From the IMG/VR virus record IMGVR_UViG_3300044712_001937, positions 203,681 to 267,680 of that record: a stretch of DNA of 64,000 bases. One strand, written 5' to 3'. Position numbers and translations under genes: made by a program. The stretch comes from a virus. Shown here piece after piece: positions 29,880 through 41,930 of the stretch (positions are counted from its first letter, which is position 1; each line of letters starts with the position of its first letter). The notes beneath the pieces were generated by a model that was not told where the DNA came from, made no database searches, and saw only the letters and a list, made by a program, of their open reading frames with translations.

Positions 29880-30287
29880 ATGGAAAACAAATCTATAAAA
29901 ATTAACGTACCCGAAGGGTTTGAAATTGATAAAGATAAATCAAGTTTCGAAGAAATCGTTTTTAAAATAAAACAAGATATAAATAAAGAAATGTCAGATT
30001 TCTTATTTAAAATCGTCAATGGTTGTATGATGAAAATGACTGATGAAAATAAAATCACTTATTATAAGGATGATGAGTGGATTTTACAACAGGATTTTAA
30101 AAAGAGTTATTTATGGATTAGATATTCATTAATTTGGGAAATTTTCGAGAAAAAATATGCTCTTAACTATCAACAAATCAAGAATTTTATAGTGGGTTGG
30201 GTAGAAACAAACCTAAATTGGAAGGGATTAACACCGCGACCTAAATGGAGTAATGTTCCTCATGAGGTAGAAACAAACCTAAATTAG
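29880..30287 (+). CDS. Hypothetical protein, paralog B of 28574..28942, also ending in the repeat
   Basis: 135-aa ORF. Protein identity to paralog A is high and the differences are codon-level. Confidence 0.55.
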   Translation: MENKSIKINVPEGFEIDKDKSSFEEIVFKIKQDINKEMSDFLFKIVNGCMMKMTDENKITYYKDDEWILQQDFKKSYLWIRYSLIWEIFEKKYALNYQQIKNFIVGWVETNLNWKGLTPRPKWSNVPHEVETNLN

Positions 30288-30302
30288 AAGGAATTAATAC
30301 CT
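30201..30302 (+). repeat. Second repeat-spacer-repeat unit of the same family; copy 1 is near-consensus, copy 2 carries 4 mismatches, and the 30-nt spacer differs from mini-array A
   Basis: Copies at 30201-30236 and 30267-30302. The spacer 'cgacctaaatggagtaatgttcctcatgag' is unrelated to the spacer in A. Confidence 0.5.
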
Positions 30303-30334
30303 AAATATTAAACTGTAATTTACTTCTAACACAG

Positions 30335-30368
30335 AAAAAACCTGTATATTCTACAGGTTTTTTATTTT
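30335..30368. terminator. Bidirectional terminator between the convergent + and - blocks (aaaaaacctgtatattctacaggtttttt)
   Basis: 8-bp stem with an A-run and a T-run on the two sides. Confidence 0.65.
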
Positions 30369-30983
30369 GATAAGTATTTGACCAAGTAAAACTAACACAG
30401 AACCAATAATCCACCACCAAATATTTTCTTGTATAATATTCCATGTTAATTTCAACCAATCTGGATGATAAAAATAAAAATTTATTAATAATATTATTAA
30501 AATAACAGCTCCAAATGCGAAACAAATTATTGATATTAAAATTCTAAAACCAATTAAATCTTTTAAAAAATTTTTCATATTTTAACTTTTAATCATTATC
30601 AACACCATCATCTATTAACCATCCTAAGAACATTCCAAAGAATAATATCCAACTTAACATTGATAAGAAAAACATTAAAATTCCAGCATCAAAATCAATA
30701 CTATTTTGTTTCTTATCTCTTAATAGATATATTCCCCACATAAATGATACAATATATCCAATTATCCATATTTTAATACAAATATTCATATTGCTTTTTT
30801 TAATTAACCAAATTTATGACAAATAAATATGCAAGTCAAGTAAAATTTGAAAAATATGATATATGAAAGAAAATTCATAATTAATAAATTATTACCTATA
30901 ATTGTAATAATATAATTTATTACATATTATCATAATAAACTAAATTTAATACAGCAGAATAAACTAATTTTAATACAAAAAAT

Positions 30984-31015
30984 AAACCCGGATATCTTAA
31001 ATGATATCCGGGTTT
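30984..31015 (-). terminator. Hairpin terminator downstream of the flotillin-like gene (aaacccggatatcttaaatgatatccgggttt)
   Basis: 12-bp stem flanked by A and T runs. Confidence 0.6.
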
Positions 31016-31039
31016 ATAATTTAATTAAGCAAATTTAAA

Positions 31040-32941
31040 TTATGCTTTTTTATCTGATTTAGGTGTTGCAACAGGAGTGATTGAATTATTTACTGGATTA
31101 ATATAATTCAGCATTTGTATCGCAGCTAAACTATCGATTGAACTTCCACCTTGACCACCTGTAATTAATATCTTAGGCATAAGTTCTAATTTACCTGCAG
31201 CAATTGCATCAATCATTTTCAATTTACCGAATGCATCCTGACCAATAGCTTTAGCTTGTTCTTCATATGCTTTAGCAGTTGCATTACCTTTTAATTCAAT
31301 AACATTAGCTTCAGCAGTACCAGTTTTTGTTGTTCTTTCAGCTTCAGCAACAGCTTGAAGAGTAATAGATTGAGCATTACCTTCAGCTTTAAGAACGTTA
31401 GATGCTTTATCACCTTCAGCTTTAAGAATATTAGATTTCTTTTCACCTTCAGCTTCTTTAACTTTCTGTGCAGCAATTTTTTCTGCAATAACTACGCCTT
31501 GGTCTGCTTTAACAAGTTCACCTTGAATATCTGCAATACTCTTTTGTTTTTCCAAATCCTGACGGGTTTGTTGTGTGATAATTTGAGTAGAGTAGGTTTT
31601 ATTGGTTTCTTCGGCAATCTTACGGTCAGTCAAAGTTTTCATTAAGTCAGCAGGTGGAACGATATCACCGATTAATGTATCAACAGCAGTTACGTTATAT
31701 TCTTTTAATACTGAAGATATATGCATTTTTGATTCAGTTTGACGTTCTTTTCTATCAACCAAGAAAGCAATAACATCTGAATTTTGAGCAGAGTTACGGA
31801 AATAGTTACCAATTGTTGGCTCAAGTACTTGAGAAACCAAGTTCTTCATATTACCAAAACGTGCGATAACTTTAGATGCTTCAGTTGAAGGTACATGTAT
31901 AATCTGACTTACATCAAGATTGAAAGCAAAACCGTCTTTTGAACGTACAGTAATAGTAGAAAGATTTTCATCTAACTTATGTGATTCATTACGATTATTT
32001 GCCCAATTTAATACAATGTTTGTAGTTGGAACAACTTCCATTCTTTGAGTTGCAGGATTAATTGCATATTTGCCGGGGTCGAATGGAACATTCCAAACGC
32101 CTTTTTTGCCGTTTGCAACAATATTTCCATGACCAAATTTTTCACCTGTTAAATCTTCACCTTTATCACCAACAAATGAAATAATAACACCAACAGAACC
32201 AATTGGAACTTCAGTTAATGGAACTTCCTTAAAACTTACAAACCAAGGATTAAAATTATATGTACCTGACTGTACGATTTGAGATTGAATACCTCTTTGA
32301 CCTCCATTATTCAAGAAAGATTCTATATCTTGAAAATTATTATGGTTTGGTACTTCTTTACCTGCAATTTCACCTGATGGTAATGGTTCTCCATCTAAGG
32401 TTGTTATAACCCCTACCATATTTTCATTAATACGGGTAATTTCTTTTGCTACAATTTTAAATAAATTAGTGTTAATACGATATGACCCTGCAGGTATATA
32501 TGTTGCTTGTCTACCTTTTTGTCCACCGTTTTGTAAAAATGCTGCAGCATCAGTAAAATCTTGACATTCTACATATCTACCTAAAATTGAACCGACAGTT
32601 ATAGCTTTTCCATCTTCAGCATACACTAAACCAATACATCCAGAAGGTATATTAGTTAATGGTACTAATTTTACATCAAATTTCCAAGGATATAACCAAA
32701 AATGAAAACCCGGTGTTAGAGTCTGTGCCTGATAACCAGCTTCACCGTTTATAGCAAACAAACGTCCTTCAGATAATGCAAGAGCACCACCCCAGAATCT
32801 AAACTTTTTGTTTACAAGACCAACTTTATCTTCCGGAACATTAATAATTCCGAATAGTCGCATAATACCGTTAAAGAAAACGATACTTAAAATTATTAGT
32901 AGAATCCACCAATAATTCGATAATAAACCTAATACAATCAT
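31040..32941 (-). CDS. Flotillin-like SPFH (band 7) family membrane protein
   Basis: N-terminal TM helix. SPFH-like 'PGFHFWLYPW'. The C-terminus has Ala/Glu/Lys-rich repeats 'KAEGDKASNVLKAEGNAQSI...AKAYEEQAKAIG' typical of flotillin/YqiK. Confidence 0.6.
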   Translation of the reverse strand: MIVLGLLSNYWWILLIILSIVFFNGIMRLFGIINVPEDKVGLVNKKFRFWGGALALSEGRLFAINGEAGYQAQTLTPGFHFWLYPWKFDVKLVPLTNIPSGCIGLVYAEDGKAITVGSILGRYVECQDFTDAAAFLQNGGQKGRQATYIPAGSYRINTNLFKIVAKEITRINENMVGVITTLDGEPLPSGEIAGKEVPNHNNFQDIESFLNNGGQRGIQSQIVQSGTYNFNPWFVSFKEVPLTEVPIGSVGVIISFVGDKGEDLTGEKFGHGNIVANGKKGVWNVPFDPGKYAINPATQRMEVVPTTNIVLNWANNRNESHKLDENLSTITVRSKDGFAFNLDVSQIIHVPSTEASKVIARFGNMKNLVSQVLEPTIGNYFRNSAQNSDVIAFLVDRKERQTESKMHISSVLKEYNVTAVDTLIGDIVPPADLMKTLTDRKIAEETNKTYSTQIITQQTRQDLEKQKSIADIQGELVKADQGVVIAEKIAAQKVKEAEGEKKSNILKAEGDKASNVLKAEGNAQSITLQAVAEAERTTKTGTAEANVIELKGNATAKAYEEQAKAIGQDAFGKLKMIDAIAAGKLELMPKILITGGQGGSSIDSLAAIQMLNYINPVNNSITPVATPKSDKKA

Positions 32942-35648
32942 AGTTAAATTTAATTTTAATTAATAATAAAGATATATTTATTTGTTTGTTTTTTCATAAT
33001 AATCTTTATACATTTGATACTTACCAGCTTCGTATGGATATAATGAGTATAATAAATATAGAATAATTCCTGCAATTATAATATAAATTAACCAATTGGC
33101 AATTTTTCCTAAGAATTTATCTATTTTTATCCAAAAAGAACTATAATTAATCATAATAAAGATATTTATTTCTTTTTAAGAATTTCCATCGCTTTTTGTA
33201 AACCTATTTCTAACGCATCTTCATAGGTTTTATATCGATTACCTTGAGAATATGCTAAATTAGACGAATCATCATCTACTCTCCAATTATATGAATCATC
33301 AAATTTAACACTAAAAACATAAATATGTCTAACTTCACGAAGATAACGCTGAAGTTTAGTTTGAGTAATTGAAAAAGAATTAATTCTTAGCCATTTATCT
33401 AAAATACATTTATAATAAATGAATCCGATTTCTTTAACTAATTTAGCTGTTTTGTGTGTTATAATTTGGTCTTCCATTATTCTTCAGGAAATTCGCAATT
33501 ACTTTCATCAATAAATGAAATCAATCCCGGTGCATAATCAAATTTAATACAATTCATAGCTGCTTCAATATCATCATCAATTAATAGAAAATCATCAGAT
33601 GATACGTTTTGATTTTTAATTGGAACAACTAATTTCATTGCAAGATTAACTAATACTAAATCTTTATTTATTTTAACGTTACATTTTGGTAAACTTTCCC
33701 AAATTCGTTTTAAATCATTTCGTTTAGTACAAGCTATTACAATATGAGTATTATCAACAATTAACGGAAAATAACCCATTAAACAATGACTTTTTTCCAT
33801 AGTATAGATTTGAATAATTTTCCAACCATTCAAATTAGTGTCTTGTAAATCAGCTAATTTCATTATTAAAAATTTGAATTAATTTCGTCTTCTAATTCTT
33901 TATTTATCATTTTAAGTTCTTCTTCACTAAGCAAATCCATTTCGTTGAATTCTCTATCTTCAGGATAGGTTGATTCAAGATACTCATTAATTTTATGCTC
34001 GGCAAAATCATCCATTAATCTTAATATTTCATTTAAAGTAAGTTGAATTAAAGGGTGATTTATTTGAGCTATGACAGGAATTCCAGCATCATTGCTCAAT
34101 AAAAAATCTTTTGCAGTCATAATATTAATGTTTATGTTTTTTAAAAATACTAATACTTTTTACCAATCTAATTTTAAGTCTGGGTTTATCTTCATATTTT
34201 TCACATAAATCAGTAATTATTTCTGCTGCAATAAATTTAGTTATAGTCTTACTAAAAAAACTATCTTTTTTCTTATAAGATACTTTATAAAGATTCAGGG
34301 TTTTCATTTATATTAATTTTAGGTAAATTTGCGTTATAATAACTATATAATTCATCCAAATTCTTATAACATCTATCTTCGTTTCGATAAACATATCTAT
34401 CATTTGGATATTTGAACATATATACAACATGTCTACTTTTCCGATTCCAACCTTTAACAATAACTCTCATTACTTTCATTGCTTTTATACAACTTTCATC
34501 AATAATAAGAACATATTGACCAACACGATATTTAGTTGGGTATTCATTTATATCTTTCTTAATTTTTTTAAAAATGTTAAAAGATAATATTAAATCTCTA
34601 ATATCGTCATAAATAGTATATCTATCACGATTTCCACCTTCATCAAGCCATTCCACATCATTTGTAATATATTCTTTATCGCCAATTTGAAAATACATTT
34701 CTGGAGAATCAGCATAATTTTTCCAGCCATATACTATAAAATTTTTATACTTAACAATAACTTTATTCTCAAACCCTGCTTCTTTTGGAAGTCTTTCAGA
34801 TGCTTTAACCCATTTCATGATTATACTTATTTAAATTTTTTCCAAAGTTTATCCATTGTCATATTACCAGTTATTTTGGTATTAGCAATAAAATTTGCAA
34901 ATGCACGAGCTTCTTGTTCAGCATATACATCCATTGCAGATAGTGCAGGTTCTTGATATGCTAAAGGAAAATTCTTAGTTGATATAGAAGTTATACCTCT
35001 ATCTATAGTAAATTTAACATATTGTTCCTGTAATATTTCTTCTTTAGTTTTATCCATAATATTATAATATACATTTAATGATTAATAAAAAGAAAATCCA
35101 AAAGCATATTCCTGCAAATATTTCAAACCATCTTGGATATACTGTATATGTTTTAAAAAACATTAAATGACATATGGCTTCTAATAATCTATTCATATAG
35201 TTATTAAATAAAATGATTATGACATGCATCATCTATCCAAACAGTACCAGCTTTATCTTTTTGATAAACTCTTTCTCTGGTTTTTGTTTCTTTACCACAT
35301 AAAACACAAACATTAATTTCGGTATGATACCAATATTTAAGTTTTGGTTTTTTGCCTTTTTGTAATAAAAATGTTTTTGAATTTGGAAAATTAGGCATAC
35401 CCATTAAATTAAATTCAGGCATTTTTAATCTGTTTAAGTAATTTCTTTAAACCTTTCCCATCTTTAATTGTACTTCCGGAATGCCAACCTGAATATGGAA
35501 AATAATATACTTTATGTCCATAAAGATGAATTGTAGTTCAGTTTCACTTTGAAAAGTGATGGTATAACCCAAACTTTCAATTTCTTTTTTAGCGAATTCT
35601 AATCGTTTGGGTTCTAATGTATTTTGCCTTTCAATATCTAATCGCATA

Positions 35649-36512
35649 TTATTTTACGTTTTCTTTTCCGGTTTTAAAAACATTAATGGTGCTATCACTT
35701 AAGAAGCCATACTGAAAATTAATCTTTTCAAGTTTCAATGCTTTATTATATAGATTATTTGGAAAGGTATCAAGTAATGTGTTATTTTTATTGGCAATTA
35801 CTTGGCATTCCTTTTCAATATTGAAATAACCCTCACGTTGACTTGTGATGAAATTACTTAAATCTGTATAGAATTTAGTAAATTCTTCATATGGAATTTG
35901 TTGATTTTCTCTCACCCATTTCCAAGTGACATTTTTACCATCAGCACGATTTTCCATAATTATCTGGGTAACCAGTATAAATGTTTCACGATTAATATTG
36001 GTAATTTTATCCTTCTGCAAATAAGTTTTCCATAATTTATCATAAAATCCTTGCTTCTCTTGAACTTTTTGAGTATAAGTGTTGTGATATAGCTTAGAAG
36101 TATTATAAATGAATTTACAGTCTTTATATACGGTTTTAGTTAAACCAATTAACTTAAATATTAATATGATTACAATTATCCAAAATATCCACTTTTTGAT
36201 AGATTTCCAGATATTAAATGGTTTATCATCATTATCATCACATTTAGAATATTTATTTTCAGTATCTTCATATATAAATTCTAAAGGTGTATCTTTACTA
36301 TCTAATTCCCAAAATGAAATAATTGCCCATACAATGCCTATAATAGTGACAATTGTAGTAACACCATAATGAAACCAACCCCATTTTTTATCTTTATCTC
36401 CAAAAATATCGAAATTGGTATTATACAACCATAGTGTTATAAAAAATAACACAACTAATAGAATAAAAGCACCTATTTGTGTTTGAAGTCTCGTAAATTT
36501 AAATTTTTTCAT
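35649..36512 (-). CDS. Hypothetical multi-pass membrane protein
   Basis: 287-aa ORF with several hydrophobic segments (FILLVVLFFITLWL, IVTIIGIVWAIISFW, IFWIIVIILIF). Confidence 0.45.
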   Translation of the reverse strand: MKKFKFTRLQTQIGAFILLVVLFFITLWLYNTNFDIFGDKDKKWGWFHYGVTTIVTIIGIVWAIISFWELDSKDTPLEFIYEDTENKYSKCDDNDDKPFNIWKSIKKWIFWIIVIILIFKLIGLTKTVYKDCKFIYNTSKLYHNTYTQKVQEKQGFYDKLWKTYLQKDKITNINRETFILVTQIIMENRADGKNVTWKWVRENQQIPYEEFTKFYTDLSNFITSQREGYFNIEKECQVIANKNNTLLDTFPNNLYNKALKLEKINFQYGFLSDSTINVFKTGKENVK

Positions 36513-39500
36513 AATTTTAGTTTTTTAATGTGAATATTTGTATCCAACCTTGTGCATTTAAAGCATTATCAAGGTTTTGTTTGTTTAAAAATATTGGGTT
36601 TAAATGTTTGCATTCGTCACATAGATAATGCCCGTTACTCCAACACTTTCCATTAGGTTTTCCGGGAGAATATGATTTCGTTGGGCAATCTATTAAATTA
36701 TTCATCGAATTGTTTTAAAAAATCTTCAATTTCTTCTTTAGTAAACGATTCAAAATAACTCTCTAAAAACAAATCTAAACCATTTAATCTGAAAGTTAAA
36801 TCACCAAAAATGAATTTAGGATATTCTTCATCCTTAAAATCTTCAACAATTTCATCAATAATCTCAGTAACTTCACTTTCATCAATAAAGTGTTTATTAT
36901 AATTTGAATTACTTAATTCATAATATATTAAATCTCGTAATTCTTGTTCATTTTTAATTACCTGTTTAATCATAATTTATCAATATCTTCGTTAATATCT
37001 ACGAGTAATGCTGCGCTCATTAAATGATGTTCGCCATCCGTATCAGGCAGAGTATCATGACCATTTAAATAACAAATAGCTTTAATTTTATTACCTGATA
37101 AATCGTGAAAATTTATTTGGTCAAATATTTCACCGACATCAGGTTTAAGAAAAAATCGTGATGTTGATTTAACCAAATATGTAATTCTTTTCCATTCTTT
37201 TAAATTTGTCAATGCTTCATTTTCAGTTGAGTCAGCATCAAATGTTAAACTAATATTTCTTGGTTTTTCAATAATTTTGGTTAAACCTTCACTACTTATA
37301 GGATAATATCCATGAATAGAATTTGCACCTTTATTTTCGAGTTTAACTATTTTAATTTTTCCAAGCAACTCTCTAATTTTATCATCACTTTTTCTTTTGT
37401 ATCGGTAATATAAACCGGATACTGAATATTTATCTTCCATAGTTTTATAAATAATTTAGTTATTATCTTTTAGTTAAAGGTTCTATTGTTGATTCTTCTT
37501 TTGGAATTCCAGATAGATTTGAAATTAAATTCCACATATATTTATTCCATGCTGTCATAGCTAAAATATTTGAGGATTCAGACCCATCAATATCCCAACA
37601 AGTATTTATTTTTTCACCGCATTTACAAACTACAATATATGAATTCGGATATGCATTTTCACTTAAATCTTTAATGACTTCTGGAGTTCCACCACACTTG
37701 CATAAATAAAGATGAGAAGGAATTATTTTCTCAATTTCATTAATAACTTTTTTAAGTCTAAGCATTTCATTCCAGACTTCAGTATAATCAAAATCATTTC
37801 TACACCAAATTGGATTTTCATCACCATAACCAAAATCACGTGCTTTTAATTCTTTCTCGTAATTTTGAATTAATATACTTCTTATTTCAGAAAGTCTATG
37901 ATTCATTTTAAAACAATTTCATGTGAAAATAATTACTTAAAAATACTAATATCATTGTTAAAGCTGTAAATAAATTTCCAAATTTTAATTTATTATCTTT
38001 TACAAAAAATGCTTTAACATTTCCATGTAACAAATAAACAAAAATTATAATAGAAAACCAACTCATATTTATTTTTTTTCTTTTTTTAATTTTTTTTCAT
38101 AGTTTTTAACTTCTTTTATTGCATTATTAAATGCTGATTGAATTGAAGTGCCGTTAATAGTAATAGTGTAATTATTTAAATTTCTAAGATGAACTGTCCA
38201 AGTATTAAAATCAGCTAAAGGTATTTGGCAAATTGCTTCAACATAGTAACCTTTAGGAATATATGCATCAAGAGTTATATTATCCTTCAATAATTTAAAT
38301 AATATCATAAATATAATAGATATTACTAATGAAATTGATAAAATATATCGACCTATGATAAATATCATTAGTTGAATTTCTGGACTATTGGTGATAACTT
38401 CTTTAGCTTTAAAGCCAAAAACACAAAATTCAAATATTACTAATAAAATCATAAAACTATAAAAACAAGCCATATATAGTATTATGAATAGCCAAATATT
38501 TTTAAGTATTTTTTTCATTTTTAAATGTTAAAGTTTCAACATCAACTTTGATTCCGGTTAATATTTTAATTAATTCTACAACATTTCCTAATAAAAGATA
38601 TGGTGAATTTAAATGAACATCACATTGAGTATTCTTTACATACTCAATAGCTTTATCAATATTAATTTTTTCATTTTTAAAAATAAGATAACTTATTTTA
38701 TATTTCATTACTTCTTTAGGAACTTTAAAGAAAAAATCTCCTGCATATATTCCAACATAATCATCGAATGCTTGAATTTGAGTAGTATAGGAAGGTAAAT
38801 TAAATCTTCTTTCAGTGTTAAAGTTATTGTTAAAAATACATTCAATACCATGAAGTTGTTTTGAAGCAGATTCAATTTGACTTCTAATATAATCCGGTAA
38901 AGAATAAATCTTTTCTTGAATTTCAGTATATTCTTCTATAGACCGTGCAGTTATTTTTATTGAATATTCCATAATTATTCAACTTTTTTAATTATTATAT
39001 TCATATTTGGTTTAAATACATCAATATTTTTTCCAGTTGCACCGAATGTTGAATTCTCAGCAATTCTTCTTGAGATAATATTTGCACTAAGATTTTTTTG
39101 AAATTCGTTAAACCAATATTCCTTAACACTTTCATCTTTAGTTGCAAAATCAATTAATAAACTGTTAAGTTCAATGACACCACCTTCATTGGCATGAACT
39201 AAACCAACTACATTACATTTTTTTATAAAATCATTTGCAGCTTTTTTCATAATATTAATTATATTGGTTTTTATATACGAATTCAAAATCAGGCATTTCA
39301 ACTCCATTATTTACATAATAAAGATATGCTGCTTTATATATACAAATATCACTTATCCATGAAAGATTTTCAATTTCAGCAGGAGTATTTTTAGTAATTT
39401 TTAACGGAGATTCGTTTGTAGTATTACAACTATAATTATGTTTTTGTTTAGTTCGATATGTTTCATCAATCAAATGAAAATCTTTTTTATGATATCCAAA

Positions 39501-40994
39501 TGCCCAAGCCATATCATATTTTTTTTCAAATACTGCCACATCCCAGAACTTTTTCTTTTCTTCTTCAGTATTACCTTTAACTATCTTTCCAGTTCCATTA
39601 GTCCAATCAATAAAATCTTCTCTACTAAACCAACCAAAATTAAAACATTTTTGATTATTTGGATTTAACCAATAATATGCAATACCATCTTTTTCAATTG
39701 ATTTCTCCAATTTATTCATTGGAGAACAAATTGAATTTGCTTTTATTAATTGCTCAATAGTAGGTTCAGGAACAAATGTAGATACACCTTTAGCGACATT
39801 AGAAAATATTGATTTAAAATAGTTTTTCATTTGATTTATTTTTCAAATATACGATAATTATTAAGTTTTGTTACTTTTTTGGTAATATTCTTTTACAGCA
39901 TCCGACATAGCGAATTCTATACAAATATTTATATAAAATCTGCGCATTAATGGACTCCAATGTTTATGTGATTTAACATATTGAATAGCTGCGACTTCTA
40001 TTGGATTATCAATATTGATAATTTTAATTCCTCTTCCTTTTTCAGGAATAGTGCATGTAAGTTCATCATGTAGTGAACGTAATAATTCCTCAACATGACC
40101 TTCTTCTCTGGTATGTCTTAAAAATCTATATTCAACATAAATTTCATCAACGGGATTTTCAACCCAAGTTTTTAGAAACTCAACCGAAAATGTTGGAAAG
40201 TTTTCATAAATAGGCATACCAGAAATATCTTCATATCCATGAAATTTATCAAGTTCAGGATATGAACCAATTATTTTATTACAAAAAGCTAATGGAAATT
40301 TTTCATCATATATACTAATTTTATTAGTACGATTAGATATATAGTAATCACCTTTTTTAATTTCTTCATCAGAGAGTAATACTAATTGATAACATGATAA
40401 ATCCCATTTATTATAAACTGCATTTTTTAAAAAAATATCATTAGCAATTACATATGAAGATGGTTTAAATTTACCTGTAGGTTTACTATTCCAAACACTT
40501 TCCTGATTATATGTAGGGTCATTAGCATCTTTTAACCATGTTTCATATTCTTCTTCCATATAATTACAAATATCGCCAACTTTAGCATCTCTATTAAGTT
40601 TAATAATTGCTAATTTATGCTTTTTATACATGATTTTATTTATTTTGATTAAACCAACTATCTATATTTGTTTTTTTATATGATTTAATAGTAACACTAA
40701 TACCATCATGAAAATCAGTTCCTTTTAAAGCAGCATTATTTTTTATATAATCCCAAAGAATTTTTTTGCATAAATTTTTAGCTTCTTTTTCAGTAAAAAT
40801 TTTTTCTTCAGGTTCTTTTAAATCATAATGTGCCCTAAATCTTTTCATTTCTTCATCGGTTAAATTTCCACCTTCCCAATCCAAAATACCTAATTCTTTA
40901 TCAATTTCCCATTGACGTTCTGCAGATAATTTAAAAAAATTTTTAGGTCTTCGAAATGACATTTCAAACATTTCATGCTCATTCATACTCATAA

Positions 40995-41930
40995 TTATTT
41001 AAATTTCCAAATAAATGATTTATATTGCTTTCTTATTCCTCTACAACATTCTGAAATTCCAGTTGCATTATAATTAAGCGTTTTTACAATTTCTTGTCCT
41101 GAATTCCATTCTTTTATTATATTATTATTAATATCATATTGTATTATTTTTTTTTCGTTATTAATTGAATTCCAATTAACATTATTTTTTGTAAAATAAT
41201 TTTTAATTGCAGTAATTGGAATATTATATTTTTTATGCAAGCCATATATAGTATATTTTCCACTTAAAAAATCATTTTTAAGTATAGGATATAAATTCTT
41301 ATAATAATTAATTCCATTTATTTCAATATTTTTATTTTTATAAGGTATTTCCTTCCATTTATGTTTATAATCACTAATAGGGCATTTACCTATATATTTT
41401 AAAAAATTATTAACTTTTTTTCTAGGTATATTAATCAAATATTGCGTATCTGTTTTTCTCAATGGTTTAGCATCAAAATCAGATAATTTTTCACATAAAA
41501 AAATAATTTCATCATACGTAAATGAATTTGTATGTAATTTAATATATCCATATTTTTTTTCAAGCTCACCATCACCAATATACCACATCAATAATAAATT
41601 TTTATTAATTTCAATATCAAGCGGTACTATTTTAATTTTATTTGCATAAAATCTTAAATATTGTTCAGTAAATACTGATAATGATTTAGTTCTAAATGAG
41701 TAATTAATATATGTTTTTTTAGTTCTATTATCAAAAATTTCTTTTTTTACTATTACTCGATTATTTTCATTACAATATTCTAAAAAAAATTGATGTATAT
41801 ATTCAGTGTGTTGTTTTGAAGATGATAAATATTTAAAAGATGCATTTTTTCCATTTTTATGTAATTCTAAATGACCATCACCTAATAAGCAACCTTCTAA
41901 AATTTTTTGTGTATATGTAAAATCATTCAT
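40995..41930 (-). CDS. LAGLIDADG-like homing endonuclease with a C-terminal HTH-like DNA-binding tail
   Basis: Motifs 'CLLGDGHLE' and 'WYIGDGELE'. C-terminus 'EWNSGQEIVKTLNYNATGISECCRGIRKQYKSFIWKF'. Confidence 0.5.
   Translation of the reverse strand: MNDFTYTQKILEGCLLGDGHLELHKNGKNASFKYLSSSKQHTEYIHQFFLEYCNENNRVIVKKEIFDNRTKKTYINYSFRTKSLSVFTEQYLRFYANKIKIVPLDIEINKNLLLMWYIGDGELEKKYGYIKLHTNSFTYDEIIFLCEKLSDFDAKPLRKTDTQYLINIPRKKVNNFLKYIGKCPISDYKHKWKEIPYKNKNIEINGINYYKNLYPILKNDFLSGKYTIYGLHKKYNIPITAIKNYFTKNNVNWNSINNEKKIIQYDINNNIIKEWNSGQEIVKTLNYNATGISECCRGIRKQYKSFIWKFK

Noticed and set aside
28564-30058. Two minus-strand ORFs (28564-28752 and 29783-30058) that resemble each other
   Set aside because: They are antisense translations of the two paralogous + strand genes, so their similarity is a by-product of the real duplication.
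28895-30302. Simple 66-bp tandem duplication as the explanation for the repeat-spacer-repeat units
   Set aside because: The sequence after the second repeat copy does not repeat the spacer, and the two loci have unrelated spacers. It was kept as a CRISPR-like mini-array hypothesis.
31291-31645. Low-complexity K/L/F-rich ORFs on both strands (31291-31488, 31355-31645)
   Set aside because: They lie inside the repetitive Ala/Glu/Lys-coding part of the flotillin-like gene and are frame artefacts.
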